A stretch of DNA of 64,000 nt from NCBI GenBank assembly GCA_964597545.1, contig CAZQXN010000005.1, forward strand, positions 12,647-76,646, in the 5' to 3' direction. The position numbers and the translations under genes are program-made. Below, piece after piece: positions 46,081 to 55,804 of this stretch. The DNA is from an uncultured Planctomycetia bacterium. Lineage in GTDB: Bacteria; Omnitrophota; Gorgyraeia; 1-14-0-20-64-10. The notes under the pieces were generated by a model that searched no databases, had not been told where the DNA came from, and saw only the letters and a list, made by a program, of their open reading frames with translations. Within the stretch, counting starts at the first letter, position 1. Each line of letters starts with the position of its first letter.

Positions 46081-48122
46081 GCCGTCCTAAAGACAGGTTG
46101 CACCGGCTGGCCTTTCAACCGGCTGGAAACCTCTTGTTTTTCATGCGCCTGGGCAACAATCCGCATGACCGTAGCGTAGACCCTGAGCAGCTCGTCCGCC
46201 TCGGCATCTCCATGGGCAGCGCTGGTCAGATGATACCCGGAAAAGAGGACACCCCGCTTTGCGCACTCCTGCTGAAAAAGACTCTTTAGCGCCAGGGATT
46301 CAGCCTCATCCCGGCCGTGAAACTGAACCACCGTTCGGGGAGCAAATCCCGCGCATTGGGTCAGTTCCCCCAAGCCGCATTCGCGCGCCAGAACGTTGTA
46401 GCCGGCCTGAATTCGTTTCCCCGCGGCCCAAAGTTGCGGCACGACATTGCAGCGAACCATTTTTTCCAAGGTCGCCTTGGCCGCCGCTAAAGAAAGGGTC
46501 TCTCCGCCGAAGGTAAAGGAGAAGAAAACCTCTTCAAAGTGCCGCATCAACGCTCTGCGCCCTACCAGGGCCGAAAGGGGCAAGCCGTTGGCCATCGCCT
46601 TGCCGAAACAAGCCAGATCTGGGATGACGCCGAAATGTTTCTGGGCACCGCCTAAGTCAAACCGAAAACCGGTCAACACCTCATCAAAGATGAGCAGGGC
46701 CCCTTCCCTCTGGGTCAAGGCGCGAACGGCCTCGAGGAACCGGCCCTCGGGAGGCTCCACCCCCACAGGTTCCAGGATGACGGCGGCAACCGCTCCGGGA
46801 TGCTCCGCAAAGATCCGTTTGAGGGAATCCAGCTGGTTGTATTCAAACGGAAAGGTCAGCTTCCTAACCGCCTCGGGAACTCCTCGCCTGCGGGTCGTGG
46901 TGCCAATGGTCCAATCCTGCCACCCGTGATAGCCTGAAGTCGCGATCAACGCCCGCCCGGTCACCGCGCGGGCCAGCCGGACCGCCCCGGTGGTCACATC
47001 GGAGCCATTCTTGCCGAAGCGCACCATCTCGGCGCAGGGAATGAGCGCCGTGAGCATTTCGGAAAGTTCCACCTCCAGAGGATGGGGAAGCGAGAAGACG
47101 GCTCCGGCTTTGAGCTGCTCACAAACAGCGGCGTTGACATCCCGATCGTTGTACCCCAAGATCATCGGGCCCAACGCCATCGCAACATCAAGATACCGGT
47201 TGCCATCGACATCCCAAACCCGAGCCCCTTCCCCTCGCACCAGAAAGCTGGGGGCCACTCCCGGGACAAACTGCGTGGGCCCCTTGCTGAAGGTCTGGGA
47301 GCTGCCCGGCACCACCCGGGCCGCCCGCGCAGCCCACGCTGAAGAGGCAGCCAGCTTGCGCGGAATCTCGGGGAGGGGATCATCCTTCAAGAAAGATTTG
47401 TAATAACCCTCCTCTGAAATCGAGGTTGGGTTGATGGCGGTCAGCTCCGGTGTGGTTCGGACCAATTGCAGAACATCCTCCAGGCAAAAAAGTTGATCGG
47501 CCCCTTTCAGTTTCCGGTAAACCGCCCGGACAAATTCGAGATCCGCCGGGTGATCCACCGACCACTTCAGTCCCGAAAGATCTTCCGGGGCCTCCACGGT
47601 AGCAATCTTAAATTTTCCGAAGTGCTTCATGTAGGGGGTCACATGCTCACGCTCAGAGGCGCCCCGGGCCTGGCGGTGTGCGCGCTCCAACGCTTCAAAA
47701 GAAAAAACCTCTACATCCATACCGTCCGGAAAGCGCTTGCCCATGTTGTTGCTGGCATAATCAAAATCCCCGGAACGAAACCGTTCCACAACCTGGTCCA
47801 GCAGCTTGGGGTCCATCAAGGGGCAGTCCGGGGTGACCCGAACAATGGTGGTCACTCCAAAAGCAACTGCGGCTTGATAGAACCGCTCCAGCACATCAGC
47901 CTCAGAACCGCGGCTTATCTTCAACCCCCGTTCCTCGGCAAACTGCACGAATACATCATCCTGTTTCTGGTCGGTGGTGGCGATGACCACCTCCTCAACG
48001 TAGCGGCTGGCGCGTACACGCTCAATCAACCACTCCAGCATCGGTTTTCCTGCTACCTCGGCCAAAGCCTTGCCGGGAAGCCGGGAAGAGCCCATTCGGG
48101 TCTGGATGATGGCTGCCAGCAT
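46077..48122 (-). CDS. SpsF-type cytidylyltransferase fused to a class III (GSA-aminomutase-like) PLP aminotransferase
   Basis: QTRMGSSRLPGK, RVTPDCP, REHVTPY and WSVDHPAD; then SQTFSK, KNGSD, GYHGW, IFDEVLTGFR and FGKAMANG. Confidence 0.92.
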   Translation of the reverse strand: MLAAIIQTRMGSSRLPGKALAEVAGKPMLEWLIERVRASRYVEEVVIATTDQKQDDVFVQFAEERGLKISRGSEADVLERFYQAAVAFGVTTIVRVTPDCPLMDPKLLDQVVERFRSGDFDYASNNMGKRFPDGMDVEVFSFEALERAHRQARGASEREHVTPYMKHFGKFKIATVEAPEDLSGLKWSVDHPADLEFVRAVYRKLKGADQLFCLEDVLQLVRTTPELTAINPTSISEEGYYKSFLKDDPLPEIPRKLAASSAWAARAARVVPGSSQTFSKGPTQFVPGVAPSFLVRGEGARVWDVDGNRYLDVAMALGPMILGYNDRDVNAAVCEQLKAGAVFSLPHPLEVELSEMLTALIPCAEMVRFGKNGSDVTTGAVRLARAVTGRALIATSGYHGWQDWTIGTTTRRRGVPEAVRKLTFPFEYNQLDSLKRIFAEHPGAVAAVILEPVGVEPPEGRFLEAVRALTQREGALLIFDEVLTGFRFDLGGAQKHFGVIPDLACFGKAMANGLPLSALVGRRALMRHFEEVFFSFTFGGETLSLAAAKATLEKMVRCNVVPQLWAAGKRIQAGYNVLARECGLGELTQCAGFAPRTVVQFHGRDEAESLALKSLFQQECAKRGVLFSGYHLTSAAHGDAEADELLRVYATVMRIVAQAHEKQEVSSRLKGQPVQPVFRTA

Positions 48123-49135
48123 CAGGCGCCTCCCAAGGAAACAACCGATCCGGTCCGGATGGAGTGATCAATTCCCTCTGCGACCCGAAGCACCTCGACC
48201 CCGTGGGCAACATCCACTTGAGGGGGCCATCCGTTACGCGCCGAATCCAGGAATGACTTGAGCTCCTCAAGATAGGTGTCCAGAGGCTCTCCCGTGACCT
48301 CCACCGGAAGATAGCGATCCTTCCCCTTCTCGCACACCGTCAAAGCCCCCAGACTGTCATCGACTCGACCTTGGGAGCAATCCCATCGCAGTGCGGCATC
48401 CTCCCCCATCAGCCAAAACCCGCGCCGGTAAGTCGGCTGCAGGCAATCCAGGCTTAAGGTTGCAATCCCTTGGGCGCATGTGTGCAGCAAAACCTTGATG
48501 GTGTCGAACCCGGAAATCTCAAGCGCACTGAGTTTCCCTCCCATGGCCATGACCCGCTCTATCGGACCCATGAAGAAAAGAGCCAAATCAATCTCATGTG
48601 AGCCGTCAAAGATAAGCCCTCCGCCAGCACCCGCCGAAGCCATGTAGCTTTGGCGGTAACTCTTCTGCTTCCACCACTTCGCCAGGTACAGACCGAATTC
48701 AAAGTGAGCCGTCAAGATCTTCCCGAGGACACCGGATTGCACCATCGTTTTCGCGGTTCTGACCGCGGGATGAAAACGAAGATTGTATCCCACCTGAACC
48801 AGTCGCCCGTCGGCCTGTGCGCGCCGAAGAAGCGTTTCGGTCCCATCCACTCCTACCGAGAGGGGCTTTTCCACAAACACATGAGCGCCCGCCTCCAGCG
48901 CCTTCTGGGCCATCTCCACATGTGTCGCCGCGGGGGTGCAGACCAAGACCACATCCGGTCGGCGACCCAGCGCCTCCTCGGGGTTGGGGCAGACCGCAAT
49001 TCCGCAGGCTGCTTGGGTTTTCTCCCGAGCAGAGGGATCGGGATCAACCGCTTCAATGCCCGTGATACCCAGGCGGCGCAGATGATCAATGTGCCTGAGC
49101 CCAATGGAACCGCATCCCAATACCAGCGCCTTCAC
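48122..49135 (-). CDS. Gfo/Idh/MocA oxidoreductase
   Basis: GCGSIG, VEKPLS, GYNLRF and GGGLIFDGSHEID motifs. Confidence 0.92.
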   Translation of the reverse strand: MKALVLGCGSIGLRHIDHLRRLGITGIEAVDPDPSAREKTQAACGIAVCPNPEEALGRRPDVVLVCTPAATHVEMAQKALEAGAHVFVEKPLSVGVDGTETLLRRAQADGRLVQVGYNLRFHPAVRTAKTMVQSGVLGKILTAHFEFGLYLAKWWKQKSYRQSYMASAGAGGGLIFDGSHEIDLALFFMGPIERVMAMGGKLSALEISGFDTIKVLLHTCAQGIATLSLDCLQPTYRRGFWLMGEDAALRWDCSQGRVDDSLGALTVCEKGKDRYLPVEVTGEPLDTYLEELKSFLDSARNGWPPQVDVAHGVEVLRVAEGIDHSIRTGSVVSLGGA

Positions 49136-49147
49136 GCTCCTTGCCTC

Positions 49148-50218
49148 CTACACATTGACCTGGGTCGCCGTGCGAAGAGCCGGCTGCTTACTTAACAAAA
49201 GGAGTTCCCGCGCCACCCGCAAAGCCCCTTGTCCATCGACCAGGCAAGGACCCGCCTCGGACATGGCAAGCCGAACTTGCCTGTCCAAAAGGATCGGCAA
49301 AAAGGCCTTCCGAAGCTCTGGCAGTGCGTCCGGTTGACGCACGCCGCCGGCTCTCCGGACCGATCCGGCCTGAACCAGATGCTCCAGCTGCCCCTGTTGG
49401 TTGAAAGCGATCTCAAACGCCACGGCGGGACATCCCACGCGAGCCAACTCGTAAAGGGTCTGGCCCGCTCCTGTGACGGCAAGATCCGCCTCCAGAAAAA
49501 GATCCCGGACTTGGTCAGGTGCCTCGATGCAGCGAACCTTGCGGGTCAGCGCGGCTGCGGTGCGGCGAACCTCCTCTGGGTTCCGGAAAAAGGGACCCAA
49601 GACAGCACTCACGCTGAACTGACCCGGTACGCTCTCGAGTAGCCTTAACACCTTTGGCGTCAAGCAGTAAGGATCGGCGCCTCCGAAGATGACGAGCACG
49701 TTTTGGACCTCCGGCCGCACCGGATGGGCAGGAACCTCCCAAAATTCAGAGCGGAGAATAGCGTATTCGGGCCCCTGCAGGAAACGGGTTCCGGGCAAGG
49801 GAGAGCGATACTCCAGCGTGCGCGCATGCGCATCCCCATTGACCACCAGATGGCACGGAAACGGGTGGGGATTGATGTCTTCAATGGCGCAAACCGCAAA
49901 ACCTGCCAGCGTTAGGAATGAAAGGTACTGATCCCCTTCCTCGTCGGAATCAACGATGATCACCCGGCAGTTCCGCTCCTTGGCCATGGCACAGGTTTGT
50001 CTTTGGTCCGCCGGACTCCAGGAGGATGGCGCTCCCAGGGGAAAACCGTCAAACCCAAAGTCCCGCACACGCTTGAGCGCTTCCGGCGCCCCGGAAACCA
50101 GGAAGAAGCTCTTCACTGAAAAGCGCTTGAGTGCTTGCGCCAGAGAGAGACACCGCTGAAGATGTCCCAGGCCCACCCGGTGATCGGCATCTACTCGAAA
50201 GAGGACGTCCATGGTCAT
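49148..50218 (-). CDS. pseG: PseG/SpsG-like UDP-sugar hydrolase
   Basis: FRVDA...GLGHLQRC (catalytic His), LRSEF, FGGADP, ADLAVTGAGQTLYE and NQ motifs; lies in pseB/C/I context. Confidence 0.85.
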   Translation of the reverse strand: MTMDVLFRVDADHRVGLGHLQRCLSLAQALKRFSVKSFFLVSGAPEALKRVRDFGFDGFPLGAPSSWSPADQRQTCAMAKERNCRVIIVDSDEEGDQYLSFLTLAGFAVCAIEDINPHPFPCHLVVNGDAHARTLEYRSPLPGTRFLQGPEYAILRSEFWEVPAHPVRPEVQNVLVIFGGADPYCLTPKVLRLLESVPGQFSVSAVLGPFFRNPEEVRRTAAALTRKVRCIEAPDQVRDLFLEADLAVTGAGQTLYELARVGCPAVAFEIAFNQQGQLEHLVQAGSVRRAGGVRQPDALPELRKAFLPILLDRQVRLAMSEAGPCLVDGQGALRVARELLLLSKQPALRTATQVNV

Positions 50219-50733
50219 CCCTCGAGCTTTCCGATCGCCTTGAGGAGTGCTGTGGCATACAGGGGATAGAGGGTGTTGTAAACTTCACCAACAGACCGCT
50301 CCCCTGAGAGGGGAATAAACTCCTCCGCCAGGACTTCGCCCTCATCGACCCGCTCTATCATCCGGTGAACGCCGACGCTGGCGCGGGGGCTGCCGTCTCT
50401 CAACATGCGCTCGATCGGCCCGGCTCCTTTGTACTTCCACAGGCAGGGATGCGCGTTAATGCCACCCAGCCGGCAGAGGCGAAGCAGGCGCTCTGGCACA
50501 ATTTCTCGTCCGTGTACAGAGACCACCAGGTCTGCTTCCCGGAAACAGGATTCCGCCCCATCTTGACGGATGGAAGAAAGAATTGGCAGCTTCAGCTCCT
50601 GCGCCAGGCGCTTGAGCGAATCGTCATAGGCCACCACGCCGATGACCCTCAAACCTACGCCCAAGACGGTCAGCAGGCCCATACAGCCTGCCTGCCTGCT
50701 GCCCAGAAAGAGAACCCGAAGGGGAGGATTCAC
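50215..50733 (-). CDS. Minimal formyltransferase (N-terminal domain only)
   Basis: Start moved to GTG 50733 (RBS GGAGGT). LRVLFLGS, INAHPCLWKYKG and RVDEG motifs. Confidence 0.8.
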   Translation of the reverse strand: MNPPLRVLFLGSRQAGCMGLLTVLGVGLRVIGVVAYDDSLKRLAQELKLPILSSIRQDGAESCFREADLVVSVHGREIVPERLLRLCRLGGINAHPCLWKYKGAGPIERMLRDGSPRASVGVHRMIERVDEGEVLAEEFIPLSGERSVGEVYNTLYPLYATALLKAIGKLEG

Positions 50734-50792
50734 CCTGTGAGACCTCCCCGCTCGAGAAAAGTACGCCTCGCCCAAGGTCTAACGGGACTCAT
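50730..50792 (-). pseudogene. 20-codon ORF coupled at both ends, probable deletion scar of a lost gene
   Basis: MSPVRPWARRTFLERGGLTG. Starts with ATGA on the pseI stop and ends with GTGA on the formyltransferase start. Confidence 0.5.
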
Positions 50793-51838
50793 CTCAGATC
50801 CCCCAAGCTGACAGACTCCTTGGGGCGTAGATCCCGCAGCGCCTTTTTTCCGATCATCGACGGCAGAGCGCCGGGTGGCGCTCCAGGCAGATGTTTTCCG
50901 TTGCGAAGAACAATCAGGTGGCTTGCCTGCAAGACCTCTCCGGCCCGGACAGCCTGGGAGGTAAAGACCGAGCGGCGCCCAAAATCATGGAGCTCCTTCT
51001 CTGCCGGATGCATCTGTTTGGCCCCGCTTCCCAGCGCCGTCTCGGCGAGATGAACCAACCGAACCATCTCCCGCAACTCATCCGGCTCGACGGCGAAACG
51101 GTGATCTGGTCCAGGCAGCGCATTGCTGAAGGTGAAATGTTTTTCAATCAGGTCTGCTCCCAAGGCTGCCGCGGTCACCGGAGCCAACCACGGGTGGCGG
51201 GAATGGTCTGAAAGGCCGGCGGGAACCTGGAAGGTTGAGCGGAGTGTCTCAAGAGCGCGGATGTTCAACGTCTCCAGAGGAGCCGGGTAAGCGGCGGTGC
51301 ATTGCATCAAGAGGAGTTGTGGGTTGCCGGTCTTCCGGAAGATCTCTACCAGCTCTGAGACCTCATCAAGCTGCGCCGTACCGGTTGAGATGATGACCGG
51401 TTTGCCCTTTCCTGCCACATGTTGGACCAGGGGGAAATGGGTCATTTCATAAGAGGCAATCTTATGCGCGGAAACATACGGATCGCACCGGTCTGCCGAT
51501 TCTTCGTCAAAAACAGAGACCAGGAAAAGGATCTCCAATTCCTTGCACCGGTCCGACAACCGAGGCAACCATTCGTACGGCATTTCCATCTGGCGAATGA
51601 TGTCGTAAATGGATCGGGAATCCTTGAGATAGTCGCTCTTCCCCGCGGATTTCGGATACAGCTTCTCGGCCCGAAACAGCTGGAACTTGACGGCATCCGC
51701 GCCAGCCTGGGAAGCCAACTCCACCAGGCGGAGGGCCTGCTCCAAGCTCCCGTTGTGGTTGGAACCGGCTTCGGCAATGACAAAACAAGCCGCACCCATT
51801 CCAACCTGCCGCTTCCCAATCTGAATCGTCTGCATCAT
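50789..51838 (-). CDS. pseI: Pseudaminic-acid-type nonulosonate synthase (NeuB family, with SAF)
   Basis: IAEAGSNHNG, KFQ, HKIASYE, GLSDHS, IEKHFT and GPDH motifs plus C-terminal SAF; adjacent to pseB/C/G. Confidence 0.82.
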   Translation of the reverse strand: MMQTIQIGKRQVGMGAACFVIAEAGSNHNGSLEQALRLVELASQAGADAVKFQLFRAEKLYPKSAGKSDYLKDSRSIYDIIRQMEMPYEWLPRLSDRCKELEILFLVSVFDEESADRCDPYVSAHKIASYEMTHFPLVQHVAGKGKPVIISTGTAQLDEVSELVEIFRKTGNPQLLLMQCTAAYPAPLETLNIRALETLRSTFQVPAGLSDHSRHPWLAPVTAAALGADLIEKHFTFSNALPGPDHRFAVEPDELREMVRLVHLAETALGSGAKQMHPAEKELHDFGRRSVFTSQAVRAGEVLQASHLIVLRNGKHLPGAPPGALPSMIGKKALRDLRPKESVSLGDLR

Positions 51839-51859
51839 CGCCGTCGCTCCGCTCCCTGC

Positions 51860-53575
51860 TTAAAGATCCGCATGCGTGGCACCCTGAACAGCCGGCGCGC
51901 TCATCGGCTGCGCCTCACCGGTATGTGGGTGGCGAACCGTATTCTGGGCGCCCAGTGTCTGAATGGCTCGCCAAGAAAGCTCAATCACCTGTTCATCCGG
52001 CATATCGCTGAAATTGGTTCGAACCTCTTCCCCCTGCTCACCCAGGCGGAGGAGATACTGCTCGATGAGTGTTTCATCGGCCGGCCCGGGGCGGCCGGTC
52101 ACCGCCTTGGCGATCAGCCCGCGCTCAAGCGCCAGGTCCCAAAATGCCGTAGCCGGATAGGCGGTCGTGAAAAAGAAAACCTCAGGGGCCAACCCCACCC
52201 GCTTGCAGAAGTCGACCGTCTCCTGGACCGTCCGGGGGGACTCGCTCGGAGAACCGACCATGAACGAGCAGTCGGCATAACCCATGACGCGTTGGGTTTC
52301 CCGGATCGCCAGCTCCATCTTTTCCAGGGTCTGACCTGACTTATCGATCGCCTTGAGCACCGCGGGGCTGGCCGATTCGACGCCGTAACCGGCCTGGCGC
52401 ATGCCCACCTCATGGGCCTGCTCCAGCATGTGCGCACGTCCCTCTTTCTTCGCCCGAGTGACATCATCAGCGATGATATTGGTTCGGCAGGTTCCGCCCC
52501 AGAGCACCTCAAACCCGGATTCCTTCTTGCGCCGACGCAGTTCCTCGCAGAACTTCAGCGCCCAGCGGTAGTCGGTCATCATCAGATCATCCAGGAAATG
52601 AATGTAGGTCAAACCGTAACGCGCCTTGAGAAACACCATCTCATCGACCACATCGCCAGGCGAGCGCAACCGGTACTGCTTGCCCAGGTAGGCCGCATAA
52701 CAGTAGTCGCAGGCCGTAACCGCGTAGGGGCATCCTCGGGAGGCGATCATCGACGCCGAAGCAGCATCCTCTTGGATCGGTGTGCCTCTGACCCATTTGG
52801 TTGCCCAATTCAGGTGTCCAACGGGATTGCGCTTATACACCTCATCCAGGGGCCAGAGAGAGCGCAGCGGCCAAGGCAGCGCATCCAAACCCGCCACATT
52901 GCTCTTGACGGAAGGGCGCAAGCCATTGTCGATGTATTCCCATTCCCCTGAACTGTTCTTGCGCCGGAACACCACGCCCCGGATCCCATCGTAGGAAACG
53001 CCGGTTTCTATCCGGTGCAGCAACTCCGAGAAGGTCACCTCCCCTTCCTCCTGGATGACGGCGTCAACCCCCATCCGCTTGAGCATGAAGAGCGGCATGG
53101 AAGAGGCGATCCCGCCTCCCAAGACAACGGGAATCTCCGGATGGATCTTCTTGCACAGTCGGGCAATCTGGCGAATCCGGCCGTATTGGGTCACGATGCC
53201 GCCCAAACCAATGAGGTCCGGCGTCTGACGCATCAGGGCCGCGACCACTCGCTCTTCAGTCCAGGCCGACAACGCCTCGCCGGAGAGCTCCATCGGCCCT
53301 TTTCGAGCGGCGTTGAGATCCAGGACGTTCACCCGATGGCCGTCCATCCTGGCGACCGAAGCGATGTAGCCGTGGCCAATCGGCATGATGTTGGGATAGG
53401 ACCATTCCCGGATCGGAGCATTGATGAGCAGGATGTCTAATCCGTTTGCGCGGAGCGGAAATTGTTTGAGGGATTTCTCGTCTGTCAACCGCGGCCAGTC
53501 AGGTCGCAGCACTTCTCCATCTCGGAATCGCTGGTAGAAACGCTCTGGAACTGCCTGGGCAGAGTATCCGGCCAT
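51860..53575 (-). CDS. Cobalamin-binding radical SAM protein with atypical CX6CX2C motif
   Basis: B12-domain features (PIGHGYIA, VVLGG, EGEVT); SRGCPYAVTACDYC, FLDD, GVESAS and FMVG motifs. Confidence 0.9.
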   Translation of the reverse strand: MAGYSAQAVPERFYQRFRDGEVLRPDWPRLTDEKSLKQFPLRANGLDILLINAPIREWSYPNIMPIGHGYIASVARMDGHRVNVLDLNAARKGPMELSGEALSAWTEERVVAALMRQTPDLIGLGGIVTQYGRIRQIARLCKKIHPEIPVVLGGGIASSMPLFMLKRMGVDAVIQEEGEVTFSELLHRIETGVSYDGIRGVVFRRKNSSGEWEYIDNGLRPSVKSNVAGLDALPWPLRSLWPLDEVYKRNPVGHLNWATKWVRGTPIQEDAASASMIASRGCPYAVTACDYCYAAYLGKQYRLRSPGDVVDEMVFLKARYGLTYIHFLDDLMMTDYRWALKFCEELRRRKKESGFEVLWGGTCRTNIIADDVTRAKKEGRAHMLEQAHEVGMRQAGYGVESASPAVLKAIDKSGQTLEKMELAIRETQRVMGYADCSFMVGSPSESPRTVQETVDFCKRVGLAPEVFFFTTAYPATAFWDLALERGLIAKAVTGRPGPADETLIEQYLLRLGEQGEEVRTNFSDMPDEQVIELSWRAIQTLGAQNTVRHPHTGEAQPMSAPAVQGATHADL

Positions 53576-53577
53576 CT

Positions 53578-54786
53578 TTACGCCTCCCTCCCGGAGCGAG
53601 ATGGAACATCAGAGGGCAGAACAGCGGGAGGCGGCCGGTGAAACCGCTCCAGCGCCGACCGAACCGAATGGATCACAAAGTCAACCTCGGCATCGGTCAT
53701 CTTCGGGAAAAGCGGCAGGGTAACAGCCCGGTCAAAATAACGCTCTGAGATAGGGTGGTCGCCCCGCGCGCAACCAAAACGCTGCTGGTAGAAGGGCTGC
53801 AGATGAACCGGCCGGTAATGGACATTCACCCCCACTCCCCTGGCCTGAAGCTCAGAAAAAATTTCCTTTCGGGAGGCCCGCAGCTGCTCCAGCGGCAGCC
53901 TGACAGCATAGAGATGCCAGGCATGCCGGCCGTTTCCGGCGGCCTGCAGCTCAAGCCCCAACCCTTGGAAGGCTTGCGTGTAGGCGGCAGCGATCTGGGC
54001 CCGGCGGTCGAGGAAGCGGTCCAGCTTCCCCATCTGCGCCAGCCCCAGCGCGCACTGAAAATCGGTGATGCGGTAGTTGTACCCCAGCCGTTGCATCTGG
54101 GCACCCCCCGGTTCTGGCGGGTTGAGCTTTACCAACCCATGGTGCCGGAAGCTGCGCAAATGCTCCACGAACTCCGGCCGATTGGTCAGCACCATCCCCC
54201 CTTCTCCGGTGGTAATGTGCTTGACCGGATGAAAGCTGAAGACCGTCATCTCCGAATGCGAGCAGCTGCCGACCCGCTCACGCCGGCCTTCACGAGTCAC
54301 CCATTCCGCGCCCAAGGCATGACAGGCATCCTCAACAACCCTCAGTCCCTTCCGGCGCGCGATGTCCCCAATGGCCTCCATGTCGCAGGGCAGTCCCGCA
54401 AAGTGCACCGGCAAAAGAAGGCGAGTCCGGGAAGTAATCCGTTGGGGCAGCCGCTTGGGGTCTAGGTTCAGGGTCTCGGGGTCCACATCGGAAAAAACCG
54501 GTTTGCCGCCAAGGTACACGACAACGTTGGCGGTCGCCACAAAGGTGAGCGGCGTCGTGACCGCCTCTTCCTGCGGCCCAAGACCCGCCACAAAACAGGC
54601 AGCATGAAGGGCAGCGGTCCCGCTGGAAAAAGCGACCCCGAAGCGGGCGCCGCAGCGCTCGGCCACGGCCCGCTCCAGCGCTTCGATGCGGGGCCCTTGC
54701 GTAATCCACTCTGAACGCAGCGCCTCAATCACTGCGTCAAGGTCTTCCTCGTCGAGCCAGTGGCGGCCGTAGGGGATCGGTTTCAC
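53578..54786 (-). CDS. pseC: UDP-4-amino-4,6-dideoxy-N-acetyl-beta-L-altrosamine transaminase
   Basis: Start moved to GTG 54786 (GTGA overlap, GGAGG RBS). IPYGRH, EDACHALG, FSFHPVKHITTGEGG and LGYNYR motifs. Confidence 0.9.
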   Translation of the reverse strand: MKPIPYGRHWLDEEDLDAVIEALRSEWITQGPRIEALERAVAERCGARFGVAFSSGTAALHAACFVAGLGPQEEAVTTPLTFVATANVVVYLGGKPVFSDVDPETLNLDPKRLPQRITSRTRLLLPVHFAGLPCDMEAIGDIARRKGLRVVEDACHALGAEWVTREGRRERVGSCSHSEMTVFSFHPVKHITTGEGGMVLTNRPEFVEHLRSFRHHGLVKLNPPEPGGAQMQRLGYNYRITDFQCALGLAQMGKLDRFLDRRAQIAAAYTQAFQGLGLELQAAGNGRHAWHLYAVRLPLEQLRASRKEIFSELQARGVGVNVHYRPVHLQPFYQQRFGCARGDHPISERYFDRAVTLPLFPKMTDAEVDFVIHSVRSALERFHRPPPAVLPSDVPSRSGREA

Positions 54787-55790
54787 CAGCCCTCCCGGTT
54801 GTCCACCAGGGCCAGGTCCACCCCTTGGATCAGCTGTTGAATCTCGTCCTTGGAAAGCCACTGCGTGTTGGCGTTGCTGGCATAGGTGAAATCCGGCGGT
54901 GTCGGTTTTCCCTCAATCCAGTTAATTTCCCGCTGGTGGGGACCAAAATCCGGCAGGATGACGTAAAAATCATCCAGCTCGATGGTTCGGCGCGCATCAT
55001 CAGAAGAAACCAGTACCTCATGCAGTTTTTCTCCCGGGCGAATGCCGACGATTTGGTGGCGGCAGTCAGGCGCAAGCGCCTCTGCCAAATCCACAATGTT
55101 CATGCTGGGGACCTTCGGCACAAAAATCTCGCCGCCGTGCATGCGCTCCAACGCGCTGAGCACCAAATCGACCGACTGATCCAGCGTGATCCAAAAACGG
55201 GTCATTCTCTGATCGGTAATCGGAATGGAGCCAGTCTTGCGCAGCTTGAGAAACAGCGGAATCACGGAACCGCGGGAACCGACCACATTGCCGTATCGAA
55301 CCACGCTGAACTTGGTTTTGTGGGGCCCGGAGTAGACATTGCCGGCAATGAACAGCTTGTCGGAGCAGAGTTTGCTCGCACCGTAGAGATTGATCGGGTT
55401 GGCAGCCTTATCGGTGGAAAGGGCCACCACGTTCTTTACCCCCTGGTCGATGGCGGCATCGATCACGTTGGCCGCCCCTAAGACATTGGTCTTGATCACT
55501 TCCAAGGGGTTGTACTCGGCCGTGGGAATCTGCTTAAGGGCAGCCGCATGCACCACCACGTCCACTCCATTAAAAGCGCGTTGCAGCCTGTCCTTATCCC
55601 GAACATCGCCGATGAAAAAACGCAGTCTCGGGTCGCAGAACTGCCTGGCCATCTCAGACTGTTTCCACTCGTCCCGGCTGAAAATGATCAGCTTCTTGGG
55701 CTGATGATCACGCAAAAGAACTTGAGCAAATTTTTTTCCAAAGGAACCGGTCCCGCCGGTCACCAAAACCACTTTGTCGTTAAATATCAT
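54783..55790 (-). CDS. pseB: UDP-N-acetylglucosamine 4,6-dehydratase (inverting)
   Basis: Start moved to ATG 55790 (AGGAG RBS). TGGTGSFG, SRDEWKQ, GDVRD, HAAALKQIP, STDKA, YGASK, RYGNV and IRPGEKLHE motifs. Confidence 0.95.
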   Translation of the reverse strand: MIFNDKVVLVTGGTGSFGKKFAQVLLRDHQPKKLIIFSRDEWKQSEMARQFCDPRLRFFIGDVRDKDRLQRAFNGVDVVVHAAALKQIPTAEYNPLEVIKTNVLGAANVIDAAIDQGVKNVVALSTDKAANPINLYGASKLCSDKLFIAGNVYSGPHKTKFSVVRYGNVVGSRGSVIPLFLKLRKTGSIPITDQRMTRFWITLDQSVDLVLSALERMHGGEIFVPKVPSMNIVDLAEALAPDCRHQIVGIRPGEKLHEVLVSSDDARRTIELDDFYVILPDFGPHQREINWIEGKPTPPDFTYASNANTQWLSKDEIQQLIQGVDLALVDNREGW

Positions 55791-55804
55791 TTCGACTCCT
55801 GTCT

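Noticed and set aside
46077-48122. hemL (tetrapyrrole synthesis) call for the aminotransferase domain
   Set aside because: It is fused to an SpsF-type cytidylyltransferase within a sugar locus, and no other hem genes are present
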